Assembly: GCA_048886185.1 (NCBI GenBank)
Contig: JBHLKY010000029.1
Span: 11,881 to 43,453 of the forward strand
DNA length: 31,573 bases
Direction of reading: 5' to 3'
Origin: Candidatus Hermodarchaeota archaeon
Lineage (GTDB): Archaea > Asgardarchaeota > Heimdallarchaeia > Hodarchaeales > Hodarchaeaceae
A program made the translations under genes and the position numbers. The notes beneath the pieces were generated by a model that had not been told where the DNA came from, made no database searches, and was given only the letters and a program-made list of their open reading frames with translations. Positions within the stretch are counted from its first letter, which is position 1. Every line of letters starts with the position of its first letter. Below are positions 1 to 9,387 of this stretch, in pieces.

Positions 1-179
1 TAGCTTAAACCTCTATTCATACTCTTGAACACATATTGAATAGCTTTTAATCTTTCATCAGGGAGAATTGTTACAACAATTACTTCAAATCCTTTCTGTT
101 GATAGATTGATACGAACTTTTGAACATGAACACTAGTAGCACTTCCAAGAATCATAATTCGGGTTGTTTTCCTCTTCAT
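1..179 (-). CDS. Glycosyltransferase family 4 (GT-B), N-terminal fragment truncated by window edge
   Basis: Not in the ORF track; translated by hand from ATG at 179 on the minus strand and open to base 1: MKRKTTRIMILGSATSVHVQKFVSIYQQKGFEVIVVTILPDERLK... The pattern beta-strand, HxxK/RF..Y...GxEVxVVT is typical of GT4 N-termini. Confidence 0.7.
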   Translation of the reverse strand, partial: MKRKTTRIMILGSATSVHVQKFVSIYQQKGFEVIVVTILPDERLKAIQYVFKSMNRGLS

Positions 180-242
180 AAAGACATCTCTTACTGATGA
201 AGATCTATTTAACTGTAATTTATCATTTATTATTTATGATTC

Positions 243-257
243 CTAGAGAATCTCTAG
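243..257. promoter_or_regulatory. 15-bp palindrome in divergent intergenic region (possible operator)
   Basis: CTAGAGA-A-TCTCTAG lies between the divergent GT4 and methyltransferase genes. Function is inferred only. Confidence 0.25.
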
Positions 258-414
258 TATTAAGTTTGTTGTTAAATAAGTATCTCGATAGAAATAACGA
301 AATAAAGTGTCAAAAAGTATTCTTCAACTAACATATCCAAAATTATTATGACTAAACCACGAATAAAACAGGAATAATGAGAGTTATCTTAATATCCAAT
401 TCAAACGTGTTGAT

Positions 415-1017
415 ATGAATCAAGTTAAAAAATATGAAAAGCGTTTCTATATATATCAAAGAATGCTGAACTTACGGCCAACAGATTCAATTCTTGATCT
501 CGGTTGTGGGCAAGGGATACTAATCACAAGATTCAAAAACTTATGTAAACATGTAACAGGAGTTGATATTTCTGAAGAAGCGATAAAAATTGCTTCTCGT
601 CTTAATCCAGAATGTGAATTCTTGATTAAAGATATTGAAGACCTAAATTTTGCAAAAAAGTCATTTGACATAGTTTATTGTTTTGAAACTCTTCAATATA
701 TCCAAAATCAACAGCTTGCTCTGAGAAAAATGTTTGAATTTGCTAGAAGAGCAGTTGTGATTTCTGTACCAAATTATGATTCTTTGTGGGCTCAACTAAT
801 TAAGGCAAAACAAGCTTTAATAGGTATCGGCTGTTACCCAAATTCTCCTACAACACGATGGTTTAAAAAAAACCAAATTAGTAATTTTCCAAAAATAAAG
901 TACGAACTTCATTCTTTTGCAACAAAAATGGAAAGAGGATTTTCAGGAACTATCAGATTCCATTTGAACAGACTGTTAACGAACAACCTCTATATTGTTG
1001 CTAGGTATGACCTCTAA
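415..1017 (+). CDS. Class I SAM-dependent methyltransferase
   Basis: Motif I ILDLGCGQG, acidic motif II TGVDIS, and SFDIVYCFETLQYI. It sits among glycosyltransferase genes. Confidence 0.9.
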   Translation: MNQVKKYEKRFYIYQRMLNLRPTDSILDLGCGQGILITRFKNLCKHVTGVDISEEAIKIASRLNPECEFLIKDIEDLNFAKKSFDIVYCFETLQYIQNQQLALRKMFEFARRAVVISVPNYDSLWAQLIKAKQALIGIGCYPNSPTTRWFKKNQISNFPKIKYELHSFATKMERGFSGTIRFHLNRLLTNNLYIVARYDL

Positions 1018-1165
1018 AAACCAATCTTTCTGGAATATTTTGAATAAATTCTTATCAGGTTTGAGCTTCATTTTCAATTCATTATTACTTATCTCTTATT
1101 TCTACTACATTTAAAATGAGATATTTTCTTAATTTTAATCTTGTACTAATTTATTCTATTTTTAA

Positions 1166-3583
1166 TCAATAAAAAAAGACCTCATATAAATCGAAATCTG
1201 AATTAGAAAATAGCTTCCCAAAAAAAGTATTATTAACTTCTAAAGATTCAAAAAAAAGGGAGTTTGTCTTAGTTGAAGTATTATAAAGGTTATAATAAAG
1301 ATTTTGAGCTGCAGGAACTATTATAAATTTGATTGGGACATTTAAATCAGTTTTAAAGTCTGTTACAAACGTATAGTTGAAAGGAGTTCGAAGCACACCA
1401 ATTAGTTCTGTTAGATTAGTACTTGTAAAAAACGGGTCTCCTAGAAAGAAGTTTCGTTGGTAATAAATATCAATTACAGGTTGATGAGTAAAAAATTGAA
1501 AACCTGGGGTTTGATAAGTCATTATTCCTACAAGTGGCTGATTCTGCTGCTGAATAATTCTTACAAGTTCTTGGTATTCAGCTCTATATTCATATTCATG
1601 AATAGCATGAAATTCGTTTATGTCCCCCTGCGTATAGAGAAGCAGATACGATTGAACAGCTAGTGGAATCATGATAATCAAACAAAGAAGGATGGTACTT
1701 ATCCAAGTAATGTTGATCTTCTTTTTAAACCAAGACAATACATAAGCTAGATCTAAAAGTAGAGCATTAATCCAAGTGCTTGTTATTTTCTTTTGGTAAG
1801 ATCTTAATTGTTGGGCTGGATTCTTAATTATAAAAAAAAGAACCAATAAACTGAATCCAATAGCTTGAAGAACTAATATCTCTGGATGTTGATAATAATT
1901 TAAAGCAGCTTGATTATAACGGAAACCAATTATCTCCTGAGTTTGTTCGGAGATTGATAAGGAATCTAATGGAATTAAGTAATAAAAATTAAAAACACCA
2001 AGAAAAATAAACATTATTTCCACAAAATCTCTATTAGTTTTTGTTTTAATATTTCTTATCAATTGATAAAGTCCCCAAGAAACAAGAAGGATCATCGGAG
2101 TAATAATAGGAGCTAAATAGCGAATTGATCCAACCAAATAATAAGCAGACCAAATCCCAAAAAAAGTAAGGATCCAAATAAGAGGAGAAATAGCGGGATG
2201 ATAATTTTTAACAGCATAAATCTTCAGAATTACCCAGAATAAAGTAAAAATAGTACCTAGAAGTAAGATTGATACAGCGGAAATAAAATTAATATGATGA
2301 ACAGTTTCAAGGGTATGTAGCATCGGATCTGAGGATTGTTGGGGATAAGTCCATATAATCGATTCAGATAAACGAAAATATAGATGATAGATTTCATCCC
2401 ATACCGATCTTGAAATCGAAATTCGATCTAACAACCAGAGACTCCCACAAATCATTCCCATACCGATTGCGATGAGTTGAATGAGTGCTTTTTTAGGATT
2501 ATCTGATGGTTTTTCTTTAATGATTAGAAAACTGACTATTGAAAGAGAAGCAATAATTGGAAATATGGCACCAATAAAAATCTTAGTTGCTGCTTGGGCG
2601 CATAGAAATATTCCCAAAACAGTAATTATTGCCAGCTTACCTTTTTTTCCCTTTTGACCAGTAGGAAGCAATAATACCAGGATTATTGGTAAAGTCCATC
2701 CTGTGATTTTTGTAAATAGTGAAGTAACTAGCCCCATGCCCATAAATATTCCCAAACTCAAAATCGATGGGGATTTATACCATTTCAAACTAAAATAACA
2801 TGTCACAGAAAAAAAATAGCATAGATAGAGATCTTGATAGAATGCCCAATAATTCATTAGCCAATATGTGAAAGGGAGCACTAATACAAAAATAGCAGCA
2901 GTCAATGCTAGCGATCTATCATTAAAAATTTCTAAGGAAAAGTCATATATTAGGAAAACTAATCCAAGAAGGAAAAGAAACGGGATAAGATTTATTGCTA
3001 ATTCCCCTGTGATATAATAAGTATAAACATAGAGAAGAACATTAAGTGGACTTTTGACTACTGGAAGAAATGATAAGTAGTTAACTTCTGTAATCCTTCC
3101 CGTCTGATAAAAAACTTCAGCTTCAGGAAAGTAATAGTATAAAGCGTCAAAACCACGCAAAGGTAAGATAGTCTCAAGAATGAGATAATCCAGAAGTAAA
3201 ATAGCGATTAGAACAATTCGATAGTCCTTAAACGATTTTAAATCAAAATTAAAGTTCTCAAGACCAACGAGTGCTTTTTGTAGCTGAGTATATCCTATAA
3301 TTATAGTTATCATTAATCCTAGTAGGAAATATAACAAACACCAACTATTGAAATCAATTAAATTGATAGAATAACTGCCAACTGAGAGTCTCCAAACTCC
3401 ATTAGGTTGAATTCCTATCCATGTCAGAGGAAGAATGAGGCTGAAGATTCCAATCAGTAAAAAAATGTTGAAGTACTCTGTTTTACGGAAAGTTTTGGGC
3501 TCGAATTTATGGAGGATTCGCCAAATTCCAGCTCCTATAGCTAGAATTGTTATAATTGGGAATAAATCCAAAATTGAGACCAT
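1166..3583 (-). CDS. Polytopic membrane glycosyltransferase, GT-C fold (ArnT/PMT/GT39-like)
   Basis: 805 aa with many hydrophobic helices; loop motif RGFDALYYYFPEAE followed by YQDLYLCYF, TKITG and RYLAPI, and a soluble C-terminal tail. Confidence 0.7.
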   Translation of the reverse strand: MVSILDLFPIITILAIGAGIWRILHKFEPKTFRKTEYFNIFLLIGIFSLILPLTWIGIQPNGVWRLSVGSYSINLIDFNSWCLLYFLLGLMITIIIGYTQLQKALVGLENFNFDLKSFKDYRIVLIAILLLDYLILETILPLRGFDALYYYFPEAEVFYQTGRITEVNYLSFLPVVKSPLNVLLYVYTYYITGELAINLIPFLFLLGLVFLIYDFSLEIFNDRSLALTAAIFVLVLPFTYWLMNYWAFYQDLYLCYFFSVTCYFSLKWYKSPSILSLGIFMGMGLVTSLFTKITGWTLPIILVLLLPTGQKGKKGKLAIITVLGIFLCAQAATKIFIGAIFPIIASLSIVSFLIIKEKPSDNPKKALIQLIAIGMGMICGSLWLLDRISISRSVWDEIYHLYFRLSESIIWTYPQQSSDPMLHTLETVHHINFISAVSILLLGTIFTLFWVILKIYAVKNYHPAISPLIWILTFFGIWSAYYLVGSIRYLAPIITPMILLVSWGLYQLIRNIKTKTNRDFVEIMFIFLGVFNFYYLIPLDSLSISEQTQEIIGFRYNQAALNYYQHPEILVLQAIGFSLLVLFFIIKNPAQQLRSYQKKITSTWINALLLDLAYVLSWFKKKINITWISTILLCLIIMIPLAVQSYLLLYTQGDINEFHAIHEYEYRAEYQELVRIIQQQNQPLVGIMTYQTPGFQFFTHQPVIDIYYQRNFFLGDPFFTSTNLTELIGVLRTPFNYTFVTDFKTDLNVPIKFIIVPAAQNLYYNLYNTSTKTNSLFFESLEVNNTFFGKLFSNSDFDLYEVFFY

Positions 3584-3704
3584 TTATGAAACCGACTTTA
3601 TTTGCCATGCTTCTTGCAAGAGAACATAAAGATATTTTTGGAAGTTGTTTTTTCACATTATTTGTCCCAGATACCAAATTATACAGTCTAGAACAGCTTA
3701 AAAT

Positions 3705-3730
3705 CCAAGCTTCCAACGATAAAAGCTTGG
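3705..3730. promoter_or_regulatory. 8-10-8 inverted repeat in divergent promoter region
   Basis: CCAAGCTT-ccaacgataa-AAGCTTGG between the divergent GT-C and FtsX permease genes. Confidence 0.3.
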
Positions 3731-3811
3731 TGGAAACCCACATACGGTCTATGATTGTTTTCATTAACTCTGAATGTTTCCATTTTTATTCCAATTTAAG
3801 GTGTTTTAATA

Positions 3812-4972
3812 TTGCTCGCAAAGTTTGCTTTACGAATCATTGGTAGGAGTCAGAAACATTCTTTCCGCTCCATAATAGGTTTAGCATTAATTATTTCAAT
3901 GATGGTGGCTACATCAGGAGTGATTTCTGGGCTTTCAGTTCACATTTTTGGAATTACAAAAAAAGCTGGGGAGTCTCCCAGTATATATATTCAATCAAAA
4001 GATCCTTCAGAGGGAATACCTGCTAAAGTCTTAGAGCTATTAAATCATACAAATATTAATCAAATTCTTCCAGTTTCTGAGAAAATAATTTCACTTTCCT
4101 CTGAAACTGAGTCCTTTAACTGTTATTTAGTTGGAACAAATGTTTCTGAATTTATGAGTTATTATTCTTGGGCGGAAGTTTCTGCTGGTAGGCTTCCTCG
4201 ATCTAATACAAATTTCACTGAATGTTTGGTAGGAAAAGATCTTTCTACAATTCTTGGAACTTCAGGAATAACCATTTCTAAGGGCACTGGGCAATTATTA
4301 GTTGTTGGGATCATCCAAAATGTAAAAGAGTTTCAGAATACTGTTATTATTGATATAGCTGACTATACCAAGATATTCAACCAGAGTTTGAATCAAATTA
4401 AGTATCAGCGAATTAAAATCAGTTTAAAAAACGGCTATTTCATTAAGGAAACCATAAACTATCTAAATACTCTTTTAAAGGATTATCTGCAGACTTTAAC
4501 CATTAAACCAGAACAACAAGCTGATATTTTCACTTCTAATCTTTTTTCTGATGTTATGACCCAATTAAATCTTTTGTTTGGAATATTATTCATAATTACA
4601 TTAATTAGAACCTATCATGCAATTTCTTGGTTCGTACAAGATTACGAACGAGATCTTTTGATCATGAGATCAATGGGGCTGTCTTCTTCTCAACTAGCCT
4701 TTCTAATAATATTTCTCGCTGAAGTAATTAGTAATATAGGATTTCTTATAGGAACTTTGTTCGGAATCTTGATACCTTCACTTATATTCACTTTAATATA
4801 CATATTTTCTATAGGAGGGTTTTTAGTGCCTGAATTTAATATAACTGTTATATTAACGCTGTTTATTTTATCCAATATTGTGACACTAGTGGCGGTTATT
4901 TTTCCTGTTCTCTATATTATCCGAAAAAAACCCAGTACTCTTTCGTTGTCAAGACGTGACATAGATAGGTAG
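3812..4972 (+). CDS. ABC transporter permease, FtsX/MacB (type VII) family
   Basis: TM1, an extracytoplasmic MacB-like domain (AGRLP..ECLVGKDL..VVGII), then three TMs with YERDLLIMRSMGLS. TTG start with AAGGTG upstream. Confidence 0.85.
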   Translation: MLAKFALRIIGRSQKHSFRSIIGLALIISMMVATSGVISGLSVHIFGITKKAGESPSIYIQSKDPSEGIPAKVLELLNHTNINQILPVSEKIISLSSETESFNCYLVGTNVSEFMSYYSWAEVSAGRLPRSNTNFTECLVGKDLSTILGTSGITISKGTGQLLVVGIIQNVKEFQNTVIIDIADYTKIFNQSLNQIKYQRIKISLKNGYFIKETINYLNTLLKDYLQTLTIKPEQQADIFTSNLFSDVMTQLNLLFGILFIITLIRTYHAISWFVQDYERDLLIMRSMGLSSSQLAFLIIFLAEVISNIGFLIGTLFGILIPSLIFTLIYIFSIGGFLVPEFNITVILTLFILSNIVTLVAVIFPVLYIIRKKPSTLSLSRRDIDR

Positions 4973-4982
4973 GGCTCCTATA

Positions 4983-7946
4983 TTGATACAGATACTACAT
5001 CCAAATATCACTGTGTTGGCCAAGATAAAGATATTTACCATTAAAGATCTCTGGTTATTCTTATTGGGTATTATCTTTATTTCTATGACTTCGGGAGCTA
5101 TTGGTGCTTTTATGCTTGGCGTTAGAGAGGAAGAATTTTTTATTGGAGAAGCAGATAATATTTTGATCGTAACACAACCAGGAGCTACGACACCTTTTAC
5201 AGGACAAGTACCTGAGTCAATGCAAGGGGATATTCAGAAAATTAGAGGAGTAATTTCAGTCAGTCCTGAAACTCTTGGGTTATGTATTATTCAAAATTTG
5301 AATGATAAGACTGTGGTTGTGCGAGGAATCACTGCTGATTTCTCTAAGCTTACTCCAACACAAGTAAAAGCTGGTTCATGGTTTAATCCCATTTATTATC
5401 AAGTTAATAATACCCAGATTAACGTAACTCAGGTCAATGGAGTGATGGTAGGTTACCTTTTAGCTTCAGATCTTGGTTTGGCATGTGGTGACAGAATTCA
5501 ACTAGCTGCTACCTTAACGGATATGGTTGTGGATGTGGTAGTTACAGGGATAATTGTCTCCAATTCCCCCTGTGATGAGGAAATATTAGTTTCATTAGAT
5601 CTTGGAAAAACGTTATCTGCCAAACAGTCTCCTTTTGTTTCCATTCTTCGGGTATTGATCGATGAGAATATTACCTCAAAAAATTCATTATTTAATTTAT
5701 TAAACACTGAATACACAGTTCCCATTTTAATCAAAACAAGGGATCCTAAACTGACTAATACAATAATGGAAACCCCTATTGTAGTTTATACCCCCTATGG
5801 TGAGCATATTGAAACAAAATTTGTAGAAAAGGAGAATAGAACTGAATTTAAATTACAATTTGGGACATATGAATTTGTAGCCACTCCTCCTGAAAATCCA
5901 AGTAGTATCCCATTAACAGTATTTGTGAACCAAAGTTTCGATACTGCCTTTGAGATAACGATAGGACAGGAGTTTCATGATCTTCATCTTAATATTACAT
6001 ATAATAAACAACCATCCCATGAAGCCTCAGTTTTTATAAGGAGAAAGTTTAAACCAGAAGAAAGTTATTCACTAAATACGAGTTCTGAGGGCATAGTTCA
6101 TTTTCTTAACCTACCAGAAGACTTCTATACAGTTTATATAGATTATAAAGAGATTTTTCGGCAAATTACTATTAATTTAAACCAATCTACTCAGATTGAC
6201 ATAGAATTAGAATGTTCGCTAACATTAAATACCATTGATATCTCATCTGGACTTCAGGTGAATGGAGGGCTTGTGAAAATCTTCAAAAAGCCATATTTTA
6301 TTGAGGTTTATAATGATCCAAATTATCTGAGTGGAACCCCTATATTTTTGGATCGTGGGTCCTATCAGGTAGAATTTCAATACAATAATATTACTAGAAC
6401 ACTCTCTACAATCGTTAATATGAGTACATTTGAAACAATTTATGTTGGAAATGCTACCTTGAGTGTATGGGTTCGGGGAGAAACTGGTCTCGGTTTGAAT
6501 TCCGCTAATGTGAGCGCAGTGATGTACAATGGAAAAAAATATCAGGGATTTACAAATACAACTGGGCATTGTGAGCTTCAACTTGAAGTGGATTTAAATT
6601 ATAATTTTGAGGTGATCCCTTCTGAGAATCAAAGTAGGGTGTTCGAGCTACCTTTGTTCTTTAGAAAATCATCTTCTATAATTATTGATTTCCTTACCTC
6701 GTATCGTTTAGACATTATTACTTTAAATGGAAGTATGAATAATATTGTAAATAATGTTTTATCAGGATGTAATGTTACAATATTCAAGGGAAATAAGAGA
6801 ATTTTTTCTGATATAACAAATTCTTCTGGTCAAATAACTATTAATCTTTCCGAACCAGGTGTTTACAAAGTTTTTGCAGAGAAAAATGGATTTAATTGGG
6901 TAAGTGATATTATAATTCAATCTAGCCATAGAGAATATAAAATAAAGTTGGGAAAAGTACATCTGTTGATTTCAGCTCAAACTGTAACTGGGTCTCCAGT
7001 ATTAGGAGTTAGGTTCGAATTATGGGATCATTTTTCAAATGAAACTTATAGTGACACTACCAACTCTAGTGGATTAGCTGAATTATTTTTCCCTAAGGGC
7101 AAATACAAACTTCAAATATATAAAGAAGGCTTTTTCTCTGAAGAGAATGTTTCGTTTTCAATAAGTCAATACTCTACAATTGTAAGAATAATTGAACTAG
7201 GTGGAAACGTTTCAATACGTTTAACGAACCAGCTTTATCAGAAAATTGGTCAAGCATATATTGTTTTAACTAATGAATATTATAATACAGAATACATAGG
7301 ATTTACCAATCATATCGGTGAATTAATACTTTATAATATCCCTTGGGGGAACTACTCGGTTTACATCACTTATAGTGAGGAGATTTTCCCAAGACAGATA
7401 TTAGATTTTGTTGGAAAAAGCATAATTCTCGACATTCAGATTGAATCTTATGTAGATCTCAATGAGTATGGTTATGGCCAAGGATTAACTACATTCTCAG
7501 TTGTATTATCCTCTGAATATGTATCGGGTTTTTTACAGACAACCTTAGAGATTTTCGTTACAGCATTTACAAGCTTGATAATAATAATTTCCGTTCTGTC
7601 TTTATTAAGTATTACATCCGTTATTTCCCATCCGATTGTCTCCAATAATAAATCAATTAAGACATTTCGTCAATTAGGGGCCACACGAGAGCAAATTGTA
7701 TTTGGGGTGGTAGCGCATCTTAGTATTTTAGGAATGATAGCGAGTATTTTCGGAGTTTTTTCAGGAATGTGGATTATGACTGCATTCCCTAGTTTACAGA
7801 AAATAAATATCGGTGGTGTGATTTTCAGGCCTATAATAGATTTTTGGCTGCTCCTCCTGATAGTTATCTCGAATTTATTAGTAATTATTATTAAAGCAGG
7901 ACAGAAATCAAATGAACTCTATTCACTACAGTTTCATGCAACCTAG
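4983..7946 (+). CDS. FtsX/MacB-family permease with large ectodomain of carboxypeptidase-regulatory-like beta-sandwich repeats
   Basis: 987 aa: TM1, MacB-like domain (VMVGYLLASDLGLACGDRI..VVVTGII), about 600 aa of repeats, and a C-terminal FtsX domain (IKTFRQLGATREQI). The exact start is uncertain. Confidence 0.85.
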   Translation: MIQILHPNITVLAKIKIFTIKDLWLFLLGIIFISMTSGAIGAFMLGVREEEFFIGEADNILIVTQPGATTPFTGQVPESMQGDIQKIRGVISVSPETLGLCIIQNLNDKTVVVRGITADFSKLTPTQVKAGSWFNPIYYQVNNTQINVTQVNGVMVGYLLASDLGLACGDRIQLAATLTDMVVDVVVTGIIVSNSPCDEEILVSLDLGKTLSAKQSPFVSILRVLIDENITSKNSLFNLLNTEYTVPILIKTRDPKLTNTIMETPIVVYTPYGEHIETKFVEKENRTEFKLQFGTYEFVATPPENPSSIPLTVFVNQSFDTAFEITIGQEFHDLHLNITYNKQPSHEASVFIRRKFKPEESYSLNTSSEGIVHFLNLPEDFYTVYIDYKEIFRQITINLNQSTQIDIELECSLTLNTIDISSGLQVNGGLVKIFKKPYFIEVYNDPNYLSGTPIFLDRGSYQVEFQYNNITRTLSTIVNMSTFETIYVGNATLSVWVRGETGLGLNSANVSAVMYNGKKYQGFTNTTGHCELQLEVDLNYNFEVIPSENQSRVFELPLFFRKSSSIIIDFLTSYRLDIITLNGSMNNIVNNVLSGCNVTIFKGNKRIFSDITNSSGQITINLSEPGVYKVFAEKNGFNWVSDIIIQSSHREYKIKLGKVHLLISAQTVTGSPVLGVRFELWDHFSNETYSDTTNSSGLAELFFPKGKYKLQIYKEGFFSEENVSFSISQYSTIVRIIELGGNVSIRLTNQLYQKIGQAYIVLTNEYYNTEYIGFTNHIGELILYNIPWGNYSVYITYSEEIFPRQILDFVGKSIILDIQIESYVDLNEYGYGQGLTTFSVVLSSEYVSGFLQTTLEIFVTAFTSLIIIISVLSLLSITSVISHPIVSNNKSIKTFRQLGATREQIVFGVVAHLSILGMIASIFGVFSGMWIMTAFPSLQKINIGGVIFRPIIDFWLLLLIVISNLLVIIIKAGQKSNELYSLQFHAT
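5720..7470 (+). repeat. About 6-7 degenerate beta-sandwich protein repeats of roughly 80 aa (approximate bounds)
   Basis: Recurrent TNxxG / GxYxV motifs: NTSSEGIVHF..DFYTV, FTNTTGHCEL, ITNSSGQITI..GVYKV, TTNSSGLAEL..GKYKL, FTNHIGELIL..GNYSV. Confidence 0.7.
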
Positions 7947-7996
7947 AAATTAGAAATCACTATTTAACCTTTGTTGAATCTTAACTTGAAACTGAA

Positions 7997-8010
7997 GAAG
8001 TTATAACTTC
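7997..8010. promoter_or_regulatory. Perfect 14-bp palindrome centred on TTATAA (possible TATA box/operator)
   Basis: GAAGTTATAACTTC, ending 58 nt upstream of the ATG at 8068. Confidence 0.35.
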
Positions 8011-8067
8011 AATTAGGGTGTAAATTTATCATCATTTCATTAATCAGTTTGAAGACGGTTAATTTCG

Positions 8068-9285
8068 ATGTTCCACTTGAAGCAAAGAATTAACTCCATT
8101 TATGTTTCCAGAAATCTGAAAGTTCACTTAGTGATGTTGCTATTTCATGCCAGTTTATTCATCACTCTATTGATAATAGCATTCTTAATCTTCCAATCAG
8201 ACCCTTACAATTCTTTATGGTCAGCTGGCATTCATTACAAACATGCAAACGATTCATGGAAATTTATAGCCAATACCATGAATCCTATACACTCTCCTTA
8301 CCCTTATCATCTGATTGCTACTAGTCTCCATTATTTTGTATTGTACAAGGTGTTTTTAGTTTTCATCCCCTCTCTACCTGCAATAACTCTGTCAGTTTTA
8401 ATAGTTCAATTTACTGCCTCTTTATTCACAGTTTTTCTTCTTTATCACCTTTTTCTTGAAGTTTTCCAATTAGATATCCAAAAGAGTTTGGTACTTGTTG
8501 TTTTATACGATTTCATATTTCTTAGTCCTTTTTTATTACTTGCTGTTTCTGAAATTCTATTCTTGTTCTATCAATTAGTAGCATGGACTTGTTTTATTAA
8601 ACATCGTTATTTCTATGCGGCCATTGCAACAGCAATGACTTTTGCCTTACGATTTAATGGCGCGTTTTTTGTGATAGGTATTGTTATATTGTTTTGTTTA
8701 AAATGGTGGGAATCAAAGAACATTTCCCTTAGATTACTTATAAATACCAGCATCACAGCAATCATAATGCTTATTATTGGGTTTAGTTCATTTATCATCT
8801 CTTGGTTTGGATCGGGCGATTTTTGGATACCATTAACATCACAACAGTGGGCCTACGATTACTATCAAGAATTTATATCAACTAATATCTTCTCTTTTCC
8901 CTTTCTCTGGTGGTTAGATTATATTCAATGGGTATATTTCTCTAATTCTCTGATCGAAGTATTATACATGGTATTAGGAATAATAGCTCTTGGATTAGGA
9001 TTTTTGTCTCTTTATGCCCTCTTAAAATGGGAGGAAAGTAATGCATTGGGATTATCCTACTCTATGGCCATGATTTATGCTACTGGATTTTTAGGTATTA
9101 ATATTATAGTGACAGGAAGCAATTTCGCTCGTTTTCTTTGCTATACCTTTCCTGTTTTTCCAGTATTCCCATCCTTATTACGTAAATATACTTTTTCTCC
9201 CCTTCTTCTTTTAATCTTAGTAATTCTTTCTGGATTTTGGGGAATAGTCTTTAATATCATATGGTGGCTATCTTATCTCATTTGA
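8068..9285 (+). CDS. GT-C membrane mannosyltransferase-like protein (PIG-V/GT76- or GT39-like)
   Basis: Polytopic. The segments SEILFLFYQLVAW..HRYFYAAIATAMTFALRFNGAFF and NFARFLCYTFPVF resemble the SE.LF...R..G and RY....FP motifs of PIG-V-like mannosyltransferases. Confidence 0.65.
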   Translation: MFHLKQRINSIYVSRNLKVHLVMLLFHASLFITLLIIAFLIFQSDPYNSLWSAGIHYKHANDSWKFIANTMNPIHSPYPYHLIATSLHYFVLYKVFLVFIPSLPAITLSVLIVQFTASLFTVFLLYHLFLEVFQLDIQKSLVLVVLYDFIFLSPFLLLAVSEILFLFYQLVAWTCFIKHRYFYAAIATAMTFALRFNGAFFVIGIVILFCLKWWESKNISLRLLINTSITAIIMLIIGFSSFIISWFGSGDFWIPLTSQQWAYDYYQEFISTNIFSFPFLWWLDYIQWVYFSNSLIEVLYMVLGIIALGLGFLSLYALLKWEESNALGLSYSMAMIYATGFLGINIIVTGSNFARFLCYTFPVFPVFPSLLRKYTFSPLLLLILVILSGFWGIVFNIIWWLSYLI

Positions 9286-9327
9286 AAAAAGATTTGTTTG
9301 ACTAGTCAGAAAGGAACTGAACTTGGA

Positions 9328-9336
9328 TTTTTTTTT
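9328..9336 (+). terminator. Oligo-T tract, candidate archaeal terminator
   Basis: Nine consecutive Ts starting 43 nt after the stop at 9285, between convergent genes. Confidence 0.45.
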
Positions 9337-9387
9337 AATATACCAAACGATAATACAATTAAGAATGATGATTTTTTCTTTTTTCCT

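Noticed and set aside
3435-3846. Short overlapping ORFs 3435-3629, 3507-3764 and 3556-3846
   Set aside because: They overlap real genes or the divergent promoter, and have no motifs or RBS.
8003-8010. loxP-like arm ATAACTTC
   Set aside because: Only 8 nt match, the rest of the 13-bp arm and the spacer are absent, and no recombinase is nearby.
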